Source: Lingula anatina (lineage: Eukaryota > Animalia > Brachiopoda). Taken from it: DNA of 64,000 bases. Under the pieces are notes generated by a model. The model was not told where the DNA came from. It did no database searches and saw only the letters and a list, made by a program, of their open reading frames with translations. The translations under genes and the position numbers were made by a program. The stretch spans positions 43,502,788 through 43,566,787 of the forward strand of contig CM120640.1 of the NCBI GenBank assembly GCA_051362555.1, written 5' to 3'. This document shows positions 62,617 through 64,000 of this stretch, piece after piece (position 1 is the stretch's first letter; every line of letters starts with the position of its first letter).

Positions 62617-63971
62617 TTAATGCAGAAGATTCTGAATACTTTTGTCCAATTTCTTATATGATTCCATATCAACATCTTTTCTGTTTGACTGTTTCTGATG
62701 TTCCTTTCTCCTGTCTGAAGACAAATCTATAGTTTCAAGTTTGGTACCATGATCTTGTTCTGTTACATTAAGTGCTCTTTGTTGCTTTTTCTTTTTGTGT
62801 TTTTTATGCTTGTGATAGCCATCCTGAGGACCTGTCCCCCATTCCTTGGGCTTGAAGCCATCAATAGCAAGGCTGAAAAAGGGTGAATAACATGCTCTGT
62901 TAATAACAGGGGCGGATCCAGAGCTATTTTCTGACAGTCTTCCAAATTATCTTTGTTGATCAATCCTCCAATTTTGACCGTCTTCCAACAGAAAAAATTA
63001 CATACCTATCTATGTAAACCTGAAAATCTGACCGTCTTCTGGAAGGCCCAGAAGACGGCCTAAATCCGCCCCTGAATAAGGCCAAATCATGCCCCTTAGT
63101 TCTGCCACCTATGACTCTAAAGTTAGAAAGATGACTTGCCTGACATATATATTCACAAGACATAAAGGTCACTGGTTCAAGCTATACAAAATTACGAAAA
63201 AAATGTATATAATTTCTCAAACAAGAATAATGACACTGGCTGCATTTGCTGTGACATCCAATACTAGCACCAAAATGTCACATCCAACACAACTTATCCT
63301 AATAATGTCACATGCAATGCACCAAACACAATGAACAATAATATGTTACCTAGATTCTGGCATACTCTTAGATTTAATATGCCTGTTTTGTGGTTTCAAA
63401 TTGTTATCCCAGGATGGTGGCGTTGGTGGTCTTCCTAAACCAGCTTCATGACTCAGGGATGCTACCCTATTATTCATGTTTGGAGGAGGGTAGGAGGCCC
63501 CTGTGTTTAAACAAAATATCTTCCAAATCTATATTAACAAAGCTCGGTTTTAACTTATACACAACAGAAAGAATCCTGTAATTTAATAAAGTTTTCATAA
63601 AAAAAGGGACATCAGTTAATTTTATGTAAATGATCAATCTATTATAATACATCAATCATAACGGCTTCTTTTTGCAAATTAAGCATTTTCCATATATATA
63701 TATTTTTTTTTGTATGTCAAAATGATAACCTGAAATACAGACTATCACCCACAAAGCATTCCAATACTGTGAACAGTAAATTAACTGCTCTGAAATTATT
63801 TTTTTTGTAAAGGAATATGCTACACAGAGTCATGCACTTACCAAGTTTAGGTTTAGCTCCTTTAATAGGTGCCAACTGGTATTCCCTGCTGGGAGGTAGA
63901 GAGGGGACAGGTGACAGAGCATACTGACCTGGAGTGCGTAATGGTAGTAATGCTCCATCGGAGACTGAACT
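62617..63971 (-). CDS. 3'-terminal three coding exons of an unidentified gene entering from the right (Pro-rich, then His/Lys-basic, probably disordered C-terminus)
   Basis: Exons 63842-63971 (SSVSDGALLPLRTPGQYALSPVPSLPPSREYQLAPIKGAKPKL), 63350-63500 (GASYPPPNMNNRV...KSKSMPES) and 62617-62872 (SLAIDGFKPKEWGTGPQDGYHKHKKHKKKKQQR...IQNLLH*). Canonical ag/gt sites; phases 0-1-2 chain without stops over ~180 codons. Confidence 0.8.
62907..63074. mobile_element. Small hAT-like MITE with 5-bp direct repeat AATAA, inside an intron
   Basis: CAGGGGCGGATCCAG...CTAAATCCGCCCCTG, flanked by AATAA (62902-62906 and 63075-63079). Confidence 0.75.
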
Positions 63972-64000
63972 CTGAAAGAGACCAATATTAATGCTGCATA

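Overview
AT-rich eukaryotic genomic DNA from an invertebrate animal (protein sequences and repeat families look lophotrochozoan; this is inference). No prokaryotic features, CRISPR array or intact tRNA/rRNA genes were seen. Four protein-coding loci were reconstructed by reading splice sites and checking exon phase by hand. (1) A 2423-aa type-I membrane LRR protein with a single coding exon (1468-8739, +), built from four capped 18-LRR modules and nested antisense in a >10 kb intron of USP24. (2) USP24 (-), 42 coding exons from 33200 to 10248, with the 3' part outside the window. (3) The PKA catalytic subunit gene (-), with an unusually rich set of alternative exons: three candidate first exons (47532-47577, 51097-51148, 54756-54903), three tandem 127-nt mutually exclusive catalytic-loop exons (40835-41506), two alternative C-terminal exons (36270-36416, 35504-35629) and a possible poison exon. 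(4) The last three coding exons of an unidentified gene (62617-63971, -). Introns and intergenic DNA carry a 3.9-kb Helentron-type composite with 159-bp core repeats, several MITEs, a tRNA-derived SINE, a perfect 83-bp palindrome beside a splice donor, a dense TAGGCCTA cluster and microsatellites.
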